From Thermodesulfovibrionales bacterium (GTDB lineage Bacteria > Nitrospirota > Thermodesulfovibrionia > Thermodesulfovibrionales > SM23-35), in contig CAVQRT010000007.1 in assembly GCA_963715195.1 (NCBI GenBank), positions 1-64,000 on the forward strand: DNA of 64,000 nt, written 5' to 3'. Shown here one piece after another: positions 31,461 to 42,737 of this stretch; the stretch's first letter is position 1; each line of letters opens with the position of its first letter. The position numbers were made by a program, and so were the translations under genes. A model generated the notes under the pieces. It did not search any database and was not told the origin of the DNA. It saw nothing but the letters and a program-made list of their open reading frames with translations.

Positions 31461-32428
31461 TCAGACCGCTTTTCAAGCCGGCTGAATCTCCTGAATCCGG
31501 AGCACTCGAGAATCTCGAAAGAATGGTCCTTTGCGAGCTCGTCAAGAAGCAGATTCACGCCCAGATTGTCGCTCGATATGTGGCCTGCAATGACGACGTT
31601 CAGATGGTTCTTCTCTGCCTCCTTCCGGTGTTCTTCACTGAGGTGCATCGCAACAATGGTGCTTACTCCGCCGTTGGTGAGACTTTCGAAGATTTCCCGG
31701 GCGCCTTCTGTGCCGCCCGTCATATCGACAAAAATTTTTCCGGCTTTGCGTGTTGTCGTTCCGAGCATAATCTGCGGTCCAGCGCCGTTCAGGCCCGCAT
31801 TTCTATATTCCGGGATCGTTCGCAGAATATCGACGACATCAGCAAGCGAATAGGGATTCTCGCGGTCAAAAAGCTGCTGGAGATGATGTGCGACCATATT
31901 GTCTGCAGGGGTGTGGAGGCAGAGGAACGGTATGTCAAGGAGTCGGGCTGCATCGATAGCCCGGGCATGGTTTACCGGCATCAGTTTTCGTTCTATTTCC
32001 TTTATCCGGACATCCATAAGGCTCTCTGCTATGTTTATGGGAACACCATAGAGGTGAAGGATGTCGGATTGCATGCTCATGACGGAATAGAGATCAGCCA
32101 GGGCCTTTCCTGATGGATGATGTGACAGGAGAAGGTCGATTTTTGTTCCTTTTGATCTCAGCGTATCTGCAAGCAGGATCTCACCTACATCGATATCGAT
32201 ACCGGCGAGGATGTTCTGTACGTCATGTTCCGCATGACCATGGAGGATCCTGGAGTCGGAGTAAGGATTTCTCAGTGATTCAGTATCAAATAATTCTCTG
32301 TCACGCGCGCTCAGTTCGTCAAACGCTTGTTTGCGGCGCGCCAATTCCTGCAGCACGGCATCTTTTGTACGGGGATCATTATTTATGCCGATCTCAATTG
32401 CGGTTGTGTAAAAATCACCGAGCTTCAT
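31457..32428 (-). CDS. NIF3-like (NGG1p-interacting factor) metal-binding protein
   Basis: SHHP, HTPADN, AGHISSD motifs. Confidence 0.8.
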   Translation of the reverse strand: MKLGDFYTTAIEIGINNDPRTKDAVLQELARRKQAFDELSARDRELFDTESLRNPYSDSRILHGHAEHDVQNILAGIDIDVGEILLADTLRSKGTKIDLLLSHHPSGKALADLYSVMSMQSDILHLYGVPINIAESLMDVRIKEIERKLMPVNHARAIDAARLLDIPFLCLHTPADNMVAHHLQQLFDRENPYSLADVVDILRTIPEYRNAGLNGAGPQIMLGTTTRKAGKIFVDMTGGTEGAREIFESLTNGGVSTIVAMHLSEEHRKEAEKNHLNVVIAGHISSDNLGVNLLLDELAKDHSFEILECSGFRRFSRLEKRSE

Positions 32429-32563
32429 ACGGTTATCAGGAGGCTGAATCTGTCTGCCTGTTTTTCTGAACTGCCATGGTTACCAGCAACTCCTTAATCC
32501 GAAAACAGTTCGTTGAGTTGAGCGTCGTAAAGAAATACGTATTGAAACGGAGGGAAAGCGTCA

Positions 32564-32761
32564 TTACCGGACCGCTACCCTGACTTTTCTGACAGATTTT
32601 TTACGGGCAGCGATCGCCTTTTTCTTTCTTTTAACACTGGGCTTTTCGTAATGTTCTCGTTTCTTTACCTCAGAAAGAATACCTTCTTTTTCGCACTGTT
32701 TTTTGAATTTTTTCAGAGCAATTTCGAAAGAGTCGCTCTCCTTGACCCTCACATAGGGCAT
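32564..32761 (-). CDS. rpsU: 30S ribosomal protein S21
   Basis: [27 protein letters not shown]. Confidence 0.97.
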   Translation of the reverse strand: MPYVRVKESDSFEIALKKFKKQCEKEGILSEVKKREHYEKPSVKRKKKAIAARKKSVRKVRVAVR

Positions 32762-32968
32762 CCATATACCCCTCCTCCCTGAATGAAAATTGCGGTTAAT
32801 TGTAACAATTTGGCATTTCCCCTGTCAATTTACGTTATTGCAAAAATTCACTCCTTATGATAAAGTTCAATACTCGTAAAACAGCAGGGGGGCATGGTCG
32901 CAGTATCAATTCTTTGAACGTTCCGGTTGCCGGCCGATTTCATCAGATCTTATGAGACAGAGTTTACC

Positions 32969-33973
32969 GTGAGCAAAAAAACCACAATCAATCCTCCGCA
33001 GATTATGGGGAAGAGCCCCGGGATCCATAAACTATTCGAACAAATCAGCAGAATTGCCTCTAAGGACGCACCGGTTCTCATTTCGGGTGAACAGGGAACC
33101 TGCAAGGGGCTTGTTGCCAAACTAATCCATGATAACAGCCTCCGTCAAAAAGGTCCTTTTATCGTGATCGATCTTGCATCGGTTCCCGTGGATCTGGCAG
33201 ATGCTGCATTGCTCGGTCCTGAAAGAAAAGCAGCGGCAGAAAGTATTGAACAGATACCGGGAAGGCTTGATGAGGCAGGCGGCGGGACACTGTTTGTAGA
33301 AGAAATCTTTATGGCAGGTGCAAACCTCAGGGACAAGATGATTCGCCTTATCCGGGACAGAGGGATAAAATTGAATGACCACGATGGAGTACCGTCAGAT
33401 GTAAGAATTATTGCGACAACATCGAGGAATCTTAATGAATTCGTCAAGAAACGACAGTCCCTGTATGATCTTTTCAGGGTATTTCACGGTGGGCATCTCA
33501 GGATTCCTCCTCTCAGAGAGCGGAAGGAGGATATCCTGCCGCTCGTGGAATATTTTATGAAAGAATCGGCACGGAAATTTGATACAGGGCAGAAGGAGCT
33601 CTCAAAAGATGCGAAAGCTTATCTGCTGAAATACGAATGGCCAGGCAATGTGCGCGAGCTCGAACATATGACCAGGAGAGCAATGATCTCGTCCCAGGGG
33701 CCTCTGCTGGAAAGGAGAGACCTCATCATGGCGGACATTGATTCCTGTTCAATCAGGGATTTTCTCGAGGAGAAACTGAAGCGCTATCTGAAAGAGATGA
33801 TGAAGCTCGAAACCTGTAATCTCTATCATACCGTCCTCTCCGAAGCCGAACGGTCGCTCGTTGCGATTGTCCTTCAGGAGACGGGGGGAAACCAACTGAA
33901 GGCTGCAAATACCCTCGGAATCAACCGGAACACCTTACGGTCGAAGATCAAAGAATACAAAATCCGCATGTAA
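32969..33973 (+). CDS. Degenerate sigma-54-interaction (AAA+) domain plus Fis/NtrC HTH regulator, no sensor domain
   Basis: IPPLRERKEDI, WPGNVREL and GGNQLKAA..LGINRNTL retained; GAFTGA absent. Confidence 0.8.
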   Translation: MSKKTTINPPQIMGKSPGIHKLFEQISRIASKDAPVLISGEQGTCKGLVAKLIHDNSLRQKGPFIVIDLASVPVDLADAALLGPERKAAAESIEQIPGRLDEAGGGTLFVEEIFMAGANLRDKMIRLIRDRGIKLNDHDGVPSDVRIIATTSRNLNEFVKKRQSLYDLFRVFHGGHLRIPPLRERKEDILPLVEYFMKESARKFDTGQKELSKDAKAYLLKYEWPGNVRELEHMTRRAMISSQGPLLERRDLIMADIDSCSIRDFLEEKLKRYLKEMMKLETCNLYHTVLSEAERSLVAIVLQETGGNQLKAANTLGINRNTLRSKIKEYKIRM

Positions 33974-34062
33974 TTCCCCGCTTCAGAATGGTGTACAGAA
34001 ATCGCTGTTTTTGCGAACTATAAAAAATGTGACCGGTAAAATACCTGCAAAGGAGTTCTGTA

Positions 34063-35520
34063 ATGAAAAGGAAATACGTATTGCCTGGATTGGTTGCACT
34101 ATTTTTGCTTGTTGTAGCCGTTTTAGGGATATCTTTCGCAGCCGGGAATGAAAGTGACGGGGCTGGAATTCTTTCGACCGGTATCGAAGACCAGACCGGC
34201 GTTGCACTGACCGTTTATAATGTCAACCTCGGGCTGGTGAAAGACCAGCGTGCGATTCAACTCCCAACGGGCACAGGGGAATTACTGTTTATGGACGTGG
34301 CGTCACAGATCATACCGACGAGCGTTCATATGAGATCGCTTGCAGACCCCGACAGTCTTCAGGTTCTTGAACAGAACTATGAGTATGATCTTCTGAACCC
34401 CCAGAAACTGCTCGACAAATATGTGGGCAAAGAAGTAAAGCTTTACTACAAGAATCCCTATTCGGAGAGGGAGGAGATTCTGAATGCGACACTCCTGTCG
34501 AATAACGGAGGTCCGATATTCAGAATCGGCGATGAGATAACGTTCGGGCATCCTGGCAGGGTGGTCTTTCCGGGAGTCCCTGAAAACCTCATTTCGAAAC
34601 CGACTCTTGTCTGGTTGATCCGGAATAGTCTCTCATCTGCCCAGAACATCGAAGCTTCATATCTTACCAACAACATAAACTGGCGGGCGGATTATGTTGT
34701 TACCCTGAATGATGCCGATGACAGGGCAGATCTTTCCGGATGGGTTACTATTGACAATAGGAGCGGAACGACGTACCGGAATGCCAGACTCAAGCTCGTT
34801 GCGGGGGATGTGCACAGGGTGCAGGACGAATCCGGGTATAGAGACAAAATGATGCGGGCAGCCGAGATTGCAGCGAAGGTTACCCCCCAGTTCAAGGAGG
34901 AAGAGTTTTTTGAATATCACATCTATACCCTGGAACGACCGTCAACGATCAAGGAGAATCAGACGAAGCAGATTTCGCTCGTCAATGCCGATGCGATACC
35001 GGTTCGAAAAGAACTCATGTATCATGGAGCGGCACTGTATTATTACAACCGCTACGGAGATGCGATGACCAATCAGAAAGTGGATGTGTTTGTAGAGATT
35101 GATAACAGGAAGGAAAACAATTTGGGCATTCCGTTGCCGAGAGGTACCGTTCGTGTTTACAAGTATGACAAAGAAAAGACCCTGCAATTTATCGGAGAAG
35201 ATTCCGTTGAGCATACGCCAAAAGATGAAAAGGTCAGGATAAAGCTCGGCTATGCCTTTGATGTGGTTGGGAGCAGAAAACAGACAGACTGGAAGAAAGT
35301 CGCATCTGACACCTACGAGGCAGGCTTTGAGATCTTACTCAGAAACCATAAGAAAGAGGATGTTGTGGTAAAGGTTGTTGAGCCGATACCCGGCGACTGG
35401 ACGATGCTCAGTTCATCACACCAGTATAAAAAGACGGAGGCATTTACCGCCGAATTCATCATTCCGGTGCCGAAAGACAAGGAGATGAAAATAACCTACA
35501 GAGTGAGGATGAGGTTTTAA
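34063..35520 (+). CDS. Secreted DUF4139-domain protein
   Basis: ALTVYN.NLGLVKD, EQNYEYDL, SKPTLVW, W.ADY, FEYHIY. Confidence 0.8.
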   Translation: MKRKYVLPGLVALFLLVVAVLGISFAAGNESDGAGILSTGIEDQTGVALTVYNVNLGLVKDQRAIQLPTGTGELLFMDVASQIIPTSVHMRSLADPDSLQVLEQNYEYDLLNPQKLLDKYVGKEVKLYYKNPYSEREEILNATLLSNNGGPIFRIGDEITFGHPGRVVFPGVPENLISKPTLVWLIRNSLSSAQNIEASYLTNNINWRADYVVTLNDADDRADLSGWVTIDNRSGTTYRNARLKLVAGDVHRVQDESGYRDKMMRAAEIAAKVTPQFKEEEFFEYHIYTLERPSTIKENQTKQISLVNADAIPVRKELMYHGAALYYYNRYGDAMTNQKVDVFVEIDNRKENNLGIPLPRGTVRVYKYDKEKTLQFIGEDSVEHTPKDEKVRIKLGYAFDVVGSRKQTDWKKVASDTYEAGFEILLRNHKKEDVVVKVVEPIPGDWTMLSSSHQYKKTEAFTAEFIIPVPKDKEMKITYRVRMRF

Positions 35521-35548
35521 CCCTGAATTGAGTAAAAAAAGAGTATCA

Positions 35549-37000
35549 CTATTTTTTCCAGAAGTGAGGTACGAAAAGGATAAGCACCGTATATACCTCG
35601 AGTCTCCCGGTAAGCATACAGAATATCAGGATCCATTTCCCCGTTATCGGAATTCCTGCATAATTATCTCCGGGGCCTGCTGAACCTAATGCAGGGCCGA
35701 CATTACACATCGCCGATATCACCGTTGTTGTTGAAGTCACAATATCTTCTCCGGTTGCTGCCATGCCGATGATCGCAATGGTACATACCCCCAAAAAAAG
35801 AAAGACCATGCCCCAGATGCTGCCGAGTATTTCTTTATTGAGGAATTTATTGTCGAGCTTCACGGTTGTAATCGCGCGCGGATGAATGAGCTGATATATC
35901 TCCCTGTATCCCTGTTTGATCGTTAAGAGTATCCTGACCTGCTTGATGCCTCCGCCGGTTGAACCGATCATTCCCCCAAAAAACATCAGGATAATCAGCA
36001 CCACCTGTGCAAGGGGAGCCCATCTCTCATAATCTGCCGTTGCATATCCCGTGGTTGTCATTATTGAGATGACCTGGAAAAGCGAATATCTGAATGAATC
36101 AATGAGCGAATGATAGGAAGACCTCCAGATATTGAACATGATCACAGTTGTTGCGATGATGGTCATAGCTACATAAAACCTGAACTCTCCGCTTTTCCAT
36201 AACCGTGAATACGCTCCCTTGAAAAAATAAAAATACAAAGAATAGTTCACCCCCGCCGTGAACATGAAAAAGCTCGTTATATATTCAATAGAAGGATTCT
36301 GAAACCCCGATATGCTCGCATTTTTCGTTGAAAACCCGCCTGTTGCCATCGTGGTGAATGCATGACAGAGCGCATCGAATACATTCATTCCCGCCAGATA
36401 AAGGAGTGTTGCGTTGAGAGCGGTGAAGGCGAGGTAAATTATCCAGAGTGCCTTGGCTGTGTCGATTATCCGCGGCCTGAGTTTATCGATGTTTATCTCA
36501 GGAACCTCGGCCTTGAAAAGCTGCATACCTCCTGTTCCGAGAAAAGGAAGAACAGCAAGCGCGAACACAATGATCCCCATGCCACCTATCCATTGGGTCA
36601 TACTCCGCCAGAACAGAATTCCCTTTGGCATAACCTCTATGTCAGTCAATACCGATGAACCTGTTGTCGTAAAACCAGCCATTGATTCAAAATATGCATC
36701 GGTAAAGGAACTGAAGGTACCGGACAGGAGGAAGGGAAGTGAACCGCAGAGAGACATGAGCAACCAGGTAAGGGTAACAATGAGAAAAGCCTCTCTGTGC
36801 CTGATATCTTCTTTCTCATTTTTTCTGGTAAGGAAGAAAAGTGAGATTCCTGAACACAAGGTTATTGCACATGACTGGATAAGGGGAATCAAATCGGGGG
36901 AATTGTGCAGCAACGAGACAAAAATCGGAAGCGTCATGAACAATGATAGGAACAACAGAACCATACCGACAAAATTCAGTATTGCCCGAGTGTTCATCAT
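35549..37000 (-). CDS. trkH: Trk potassium uptake membrane protein
   Basis: FESMAGFTTTG, QWIGGMG, TGGFS, TTTGY, GSTGGGIK, NVGP, GRLE. Confidence 0.95.
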   Translation of the reverse strand: MMNTRAILNFVGMVLLFLSLFMTLPIFVSLLHNSPDLIPLIQSCAITLCSGISLFFLTRKNEKEDIRHREAFLIVTLTWLLMSLCGSLPFLLSGTFSSFTDAYFESMAGFTTTGSSVLTDIEVMPKGILFWRSMTQWIGGMGIIVFALAVLPFLGTGGMQLFKAEVPEINIDKLRPRIIDTAKALWIIYLAFTALNATLLYLAGMNVFDALCHAFTTMATGGFSTKNASISGFQNPSIEYITSFFMFTAGVNYSLYFYFFKGAYSRLWKSGEFRFYVAMTIIATTVIMFNIWRSSYHSLIDSFRYSLFQVISIMTTTGYATADYERWAPLAQVVLIILMFFGGMIGSTGGGIKQVRILLTIKQGYREIYQLIHPRAITTVKLDNKFLNKEILGSIWGMVFLFLGVCTIAIIGMAATGEDIVTSTTTVISAMCNVGPALGSAGPGDNYAGIPITGKWILIFCMLTGRLEVYTVLILFVPHFWKK

Positions 37001-37013
37001 CAACAAAAAGCGT

Positions 37014-38345
37014 TCATCTGAGCATCTTTTCGACGTCCTGTATCGATTCACGGAGGGTGAAGATAATAAGCTTGTCCTCTTCCCGAAAAACGTCCTGACC
37101 GGATGGAATAGTCACCTCATTCCCCCTGATAATAGCTCCGATGATGGATGCTCGTGGTTGCGCTTTTTGGAGTGTTTTTCCGATTAAGGGGGATGTCTTG
37201 CCGATTCTTCCCTCGAGTATTTCCGCCTTGGCACCTGCAATCGCTGTAAGACTGAGGATATCCCCTTTTCTGACATAGCGGAGTATCGTGCCAGCAGTAA
37301 TCAGTCTGGGACTCAGAACAGACTGAATACCCAGACTGTGCGCAAGAGAAATGTAATCGGTCTTGTTGACTAATGTGATCGTCTTTTTTACCCCGAGTTT
37401 CTTTGCGAGAAGGGAAACCATGATATTCAACTCATCGTTATTGGATACCGAAACGAAGACATCCATGTCTCCAATGTTTTCTTCCAGAAGGACCTTTTGT
37501 TCGGTGCCATCTGCATGGAGGATAAGGGACTTGCCGAGATTCTGACTGAGAAATTTGCACCGCTCCTCATTTTTCTCAATGATTTTGACGTCGGCCTTAT
37601 CCTCGATGCGGGAAGCGATGTGGTGACCTGTTCTGCCTCCGCCCAGTATCATTACCTTTTTTACCGGGCTCATCGTGATACCGAGCAGAGCTATTGTCTC
37701 CTGTAATTCAGCAGGCATGACCGGTACATAGATGATGTCTCCCCGAATCACAAAATCGTCTCCTGAAGGGACAAATGTTTTCTCGTCCCTTACAATGAGA
37801 CCTATGAGAAATTTACTGCCGTTGTTGCTTCTGAAGGATTTCAGGGGTTTACCGATCAGTGTCGAGGTTTCAGGAATTTTAAATCCTATGACTTTGACAA
37901 GCCCGCCCTCAAAATCTTCGATTTCCGATGCGAAGGGAGCTTCAAGAATTCTTACAATCGCGGTTGCTATTTCGAGTTCGGGATTGATTGCAGGATCGAT
38001 ATCAAGGGTTTGGAGGAGACGCTCATTTGAGAAGTAATCAGGGTTGCGAATCCGGGCTATTTTCCTGGGGATGCCGAACATCGCCTTTGCAAGGAGACAT
38101 GCAATCATATTCGTTTCGTCCTGATCGGTGACCGCAAGGAGAATATCCGCCCTGTCTGCTTCAGCTTCCCTCAGGGACGATGGTGAGCCCCCTTCTCCGT
38201 CTACGACCGCAATATCGATTTCTTCTGAAATGCGGGATGTCTTGTTCCTGTCCTTATCGATGACTACAACATCAAGCGATTCAAGGGACAGAAACTTTGC
38301 GATCTGGTAGCCTACTTCACCGGCGCCAACAATGATTACCCGCAT
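37014..38345 (-). CDS. trkA: Trk potassium uptake NAD-binding subunit
   Basis: Two RCK domains with GAGEVG and GGGRTG. Confidence 0.95.
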   Translation of the reverse strand: MRVIIVGAGEVGYQIAKFLSLESLDVVVIDKDRNKTSRISEEIDIAVVDGEGGSPSSLREAEADRADILLAVTDQDETNMIACLLAKAMFGIPRKIARIRNPDYFSNERLLQTLDIDPAINPELEIATAIVRILEAPFASEIEDFEGGLVKVIGFKIPETSTLIGKPLKSFRSNNGSKFLIGLIVRDEKTFVPSGDDFVIRGDIIYVPVMPAELQETIALLGITMSPVKKVMILGGGRTGHHIASRIEDKADVKIIEKNEERCKFLSQNLGKSLILHADGTEQKVLLEENIGDMDVFVSVSNNDELNIMVSLLAKKLGVKKTITLVNKTDYISLAHSLGIQSVLSPRLITAGTILRYVRKGDILSLTAIAGAKAEILEGRIGKTSPLIGKTLQKAQPRASIIGAIIRGNEVTIPSGQDVFREEDKLIIFTLRESIQDVEKMLR

Positions 38346-38554
38346 ATTTGTTTATATTACACCAACAACGGTATTATTAATATACTTCTTTCGATGCCTG
38401 TATACAGGAAAGAAAGCGGTTCACGGATTCTATTTTAGACAAAATTATTCAGAATAAACAGGAAAAGATATGCCCTGAATTTACGGGAATGAAATTTCTG
38501 CAGCAGGCGGCGAAAAGCTTTATCCGGTTCGCGAGATGAGTATACGACGTATGA

Positions 38555-40581
<2,027 letters not shown>

Positions 40582-40582
40582 A

Positions 40583-40654
40583 CAGGGTCCAAGGATCCAA
40601 GTGAATTGTGTATTTGCGCTCGAACCCTTGAAGCTTTGACCCCCTGATCCTGTT
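40583..40654. repeat. Intergenic short-period palindromic repeat element
   Basis: GGGTCCAA-GGATCCAA-GTG ... CTCGAACC-CTTGAAGC-TTTGACCC: 8-nt periodic arms that are imperfect reverse complements. Confidence 0.5.
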
Positions 40655-40656
40655 TA

Positions 40657-42012
40657 TTACAGTATTGGTAAATACCGCGCTATCTCGAACGGATGAATCC
40701 TGATGCGGTAATCATCCCACTCCACCTTCTTGCTTGTTATAAACTGTTCAAAGATATGGTCGCCGAGCGTCTCCCTCAGGACTTCGCTTGTTTGTGCATA
40801 CTCTATCGCCCTGTTGAGGCTTCCCGGAAGGGTATCGATATGGAACTTTGCCCGCTCCTCTTCGGAAAGATGATAGACATCCATTTCCATTGGCTCGGGA
40901 AGCTTGTATCCTCTTTCAATCCCTTTGAGTCCTGCATTCAGCATGCATGCAAAGGCAAGATACGGGTTGCAGGACGGATCCGGTGAACGGAGCTCGATAC
41001 GGGTTGCTTTTTCCTTGCCCGGCTTGTAAAGGGGCACCCTCACAAGGGTGGATCGGTTTCTGCGTGCCCAGCAGATGTATACTGGTGCTTCAAACCCCGG
41101 GACGAGCCGTTTATAGGAATTGACCCACTGATTAAGGATCAAGGTGATCTCTTTGACGTGGGTGAGGAGGCCGGCAATGTATCTCTTGGCGGTACCGGAT
41201 AAAAAGTACTGATCTTTCGGATCGAAGAATGCATTCTTTGTACCTTTGAAAAGGGACTGATGCGTATGCATGCCACTGCCGTTCTGTCCATAGATAGGCT
41301 TGGGCATAAAGGTAGCATAGACATTATACTGTTTCGCTATCTCCTTCACGATGATCCGGTGTGTTATTACGATGTCTGCCATGGTGAGGGCATCTGCGTA
41401 TCGCAGATCTATCTCATGCTGTGAATGTGCAACTTCATGATGCGAGTATTCAACCTGAATGCCCATGGTTTCGAGGGCAAGAATCGTATCCCGCCGGAGA
41501 TCCTCGGCAGCGTCGAGTGGATAGTCAAAGTAACCTCCTTCATCGAGTGTTTCTGTGTTTTTGTCGGATTTGAAATAAAAGTATTCGAGCTCCGGTCCGA
41601 CATAAAAAGTAAAACCTTTCTGTTTTGCCTTTTCGAGATTCACTTTGAGAACATACCGGGGGTCTCCTTTATATGGCGAACCGTCCGGTTCATAGATGTC
41701 GCAGAACATCCTTGCCACGGCACGCTCCTTCGGACGCCATGGAAGAATGACAAAGGTGGTTGGATCGGGACGCGCAATCATATCGCTTTCATCGATCCGT
41801 GCAAACCCCTTGATAGAGGAACCGTCGAACCCCATTCCTTCATTGAAGGCAAATTCCAGTTCATCCACCGGAACCGCGAAACTCTTGAGCTGTCCGTGGA
41901 TGTCTGTGAACCAGAGCCGGATGAACTTCACATTGTGCTTCCTGACCAGTTCCATCACATCTTTCTTGTCCCGTGCCTTTGTTGTACCGGTCTTGATCGT
42001 TGCTTTTGCCAT
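40657..42012 (-). CDS. glnA: Glutamine synthetase type I (GSI-alpha-like length)
   Basis: FDGSSI, GPELEYF, HHEV, TFMPKP..G.NGSGMH.H, KRLVPGFEAP, RIELRSPD. Confidence 0.93.
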   Translation of the reverse strand: MAKATIKTGTTKARDKKDVMELVRKHNVKFIRLWFTDIHGQLKSFAVPVDELEFAFNEGMGFDGSSIKGFARIDESDMIARPDPTTFVILPWRPKERAVARMFCDIYEPDGSPYKGDPRYVLKVNLEKAKQKGFTFYVGPELEYFYFKSDKNTETLDEGGYFDYPLDAAEDLRRDTILALETMGIQVEYSHHEVAHSQHEIDLRYADALTMADIVITHRIIVKEIAKQYNVYATFMPKPIYGQNGSGMHTHQSLFKGTKNAFFDPKDQYFLSGTAKRYIAGLLTHVKEITLILNQWVNSYKRLVPGFEAPVYICWARRNRSTLVRVPLYKPGKEKATRIELRSPDPSCNPYLAFACMLNAGLKGIERGYKLPEPMEMDVYHLSEEERAKFHIDTLPGSLNRAIEYAQTSEVLRETLGDHIFEQFITSKKVEWDDYRIRIHPFEIARYLPIL

Positions 42013-42036
42013 ACTGACCTCCTTGATTTCTCTCCG

Positions 42037-42732
42037 TTATCCTTTCCGGAAAAATATTTTATAAAAATTCGTTGCCCTGCCTGTATATTCATGCTTAATG
42101 TTTACGGTTTCCTCAATCATCCTGTCCAGATCAGGCATTCCCTCAAACCATTGCATGATCATGTCTTGTGTGACCTCTACATGAAACTGAAACCCGTAAA
42201 TCTTATCCCCTGATCTGAACGCCTGATTTTTGTAGCGCGCAGAACTGGCGAGCAATGCAGACCCCGGTGGAAGGGAGAACGTATCGCTATGCCAGTGGAA
42301 TACTCTGAATCTCCTCCAGAAATCTCCGACATCCGGATGAACAGCAAGTTTTCTCATCAATGGATCTTTTAATCCTTCTCCTGTCAGTTCAATGTGATGC
42401 CATCCGATTTCTTTTTCCTGCCCGGGATACACTTCAGCGCCCAGACAATGCGCGAGCAGCTGAGCACCGAGACATATTCCCAGAATCTTTAAGTCTCTGT
42501 TGATTGCTTCCCTGATGATGCGCGATGCAGCCATAATATGGGGGTATGCTTCCATGTCATATACTCCCATTGGCCCCCCCAGTATGACGAGGGCATTGTA
42601 CGGTTCCAGTGAAGGAGGGATATGACCCAGCCCCAGTTCAATAATATCAAACGGGATATCTGCTGTCAGGAGGAACTGCTCTATTGTCCCCGGACCTTCA
42701 GTCTCTATGTTTTTAAGAATCAAGACTGCCAT
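42037..42732 (-). CDS. Class I glutamine amidotransferase
   Basis: LGGPMGVY, GICLGAQL, QFHVE catalytic triad. Confidence 0.88.
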   Translation of the reverse strand: MAVLILKNIETEGPGTIEQFLLTADIPFDIIELGLGHIPPSLEPYNALVILGGPMGVYDMEAYPHIMAASRIIREAINRDLKILGICLGAQLLAHCLGAEVYPGQEKEIGWHHIELTGEGLKDPLMRKLAVHPDVGDFWRRFRVFHWHSDTFSLPPGSALLASSARYKNQAFRSGDKIYGFQFHVEVTQDMIMQWFEGMPDLDRMIEETVNIKHEYTGRATNFYKIFFRKG

Positions 42733-42737
42733 GGTAT

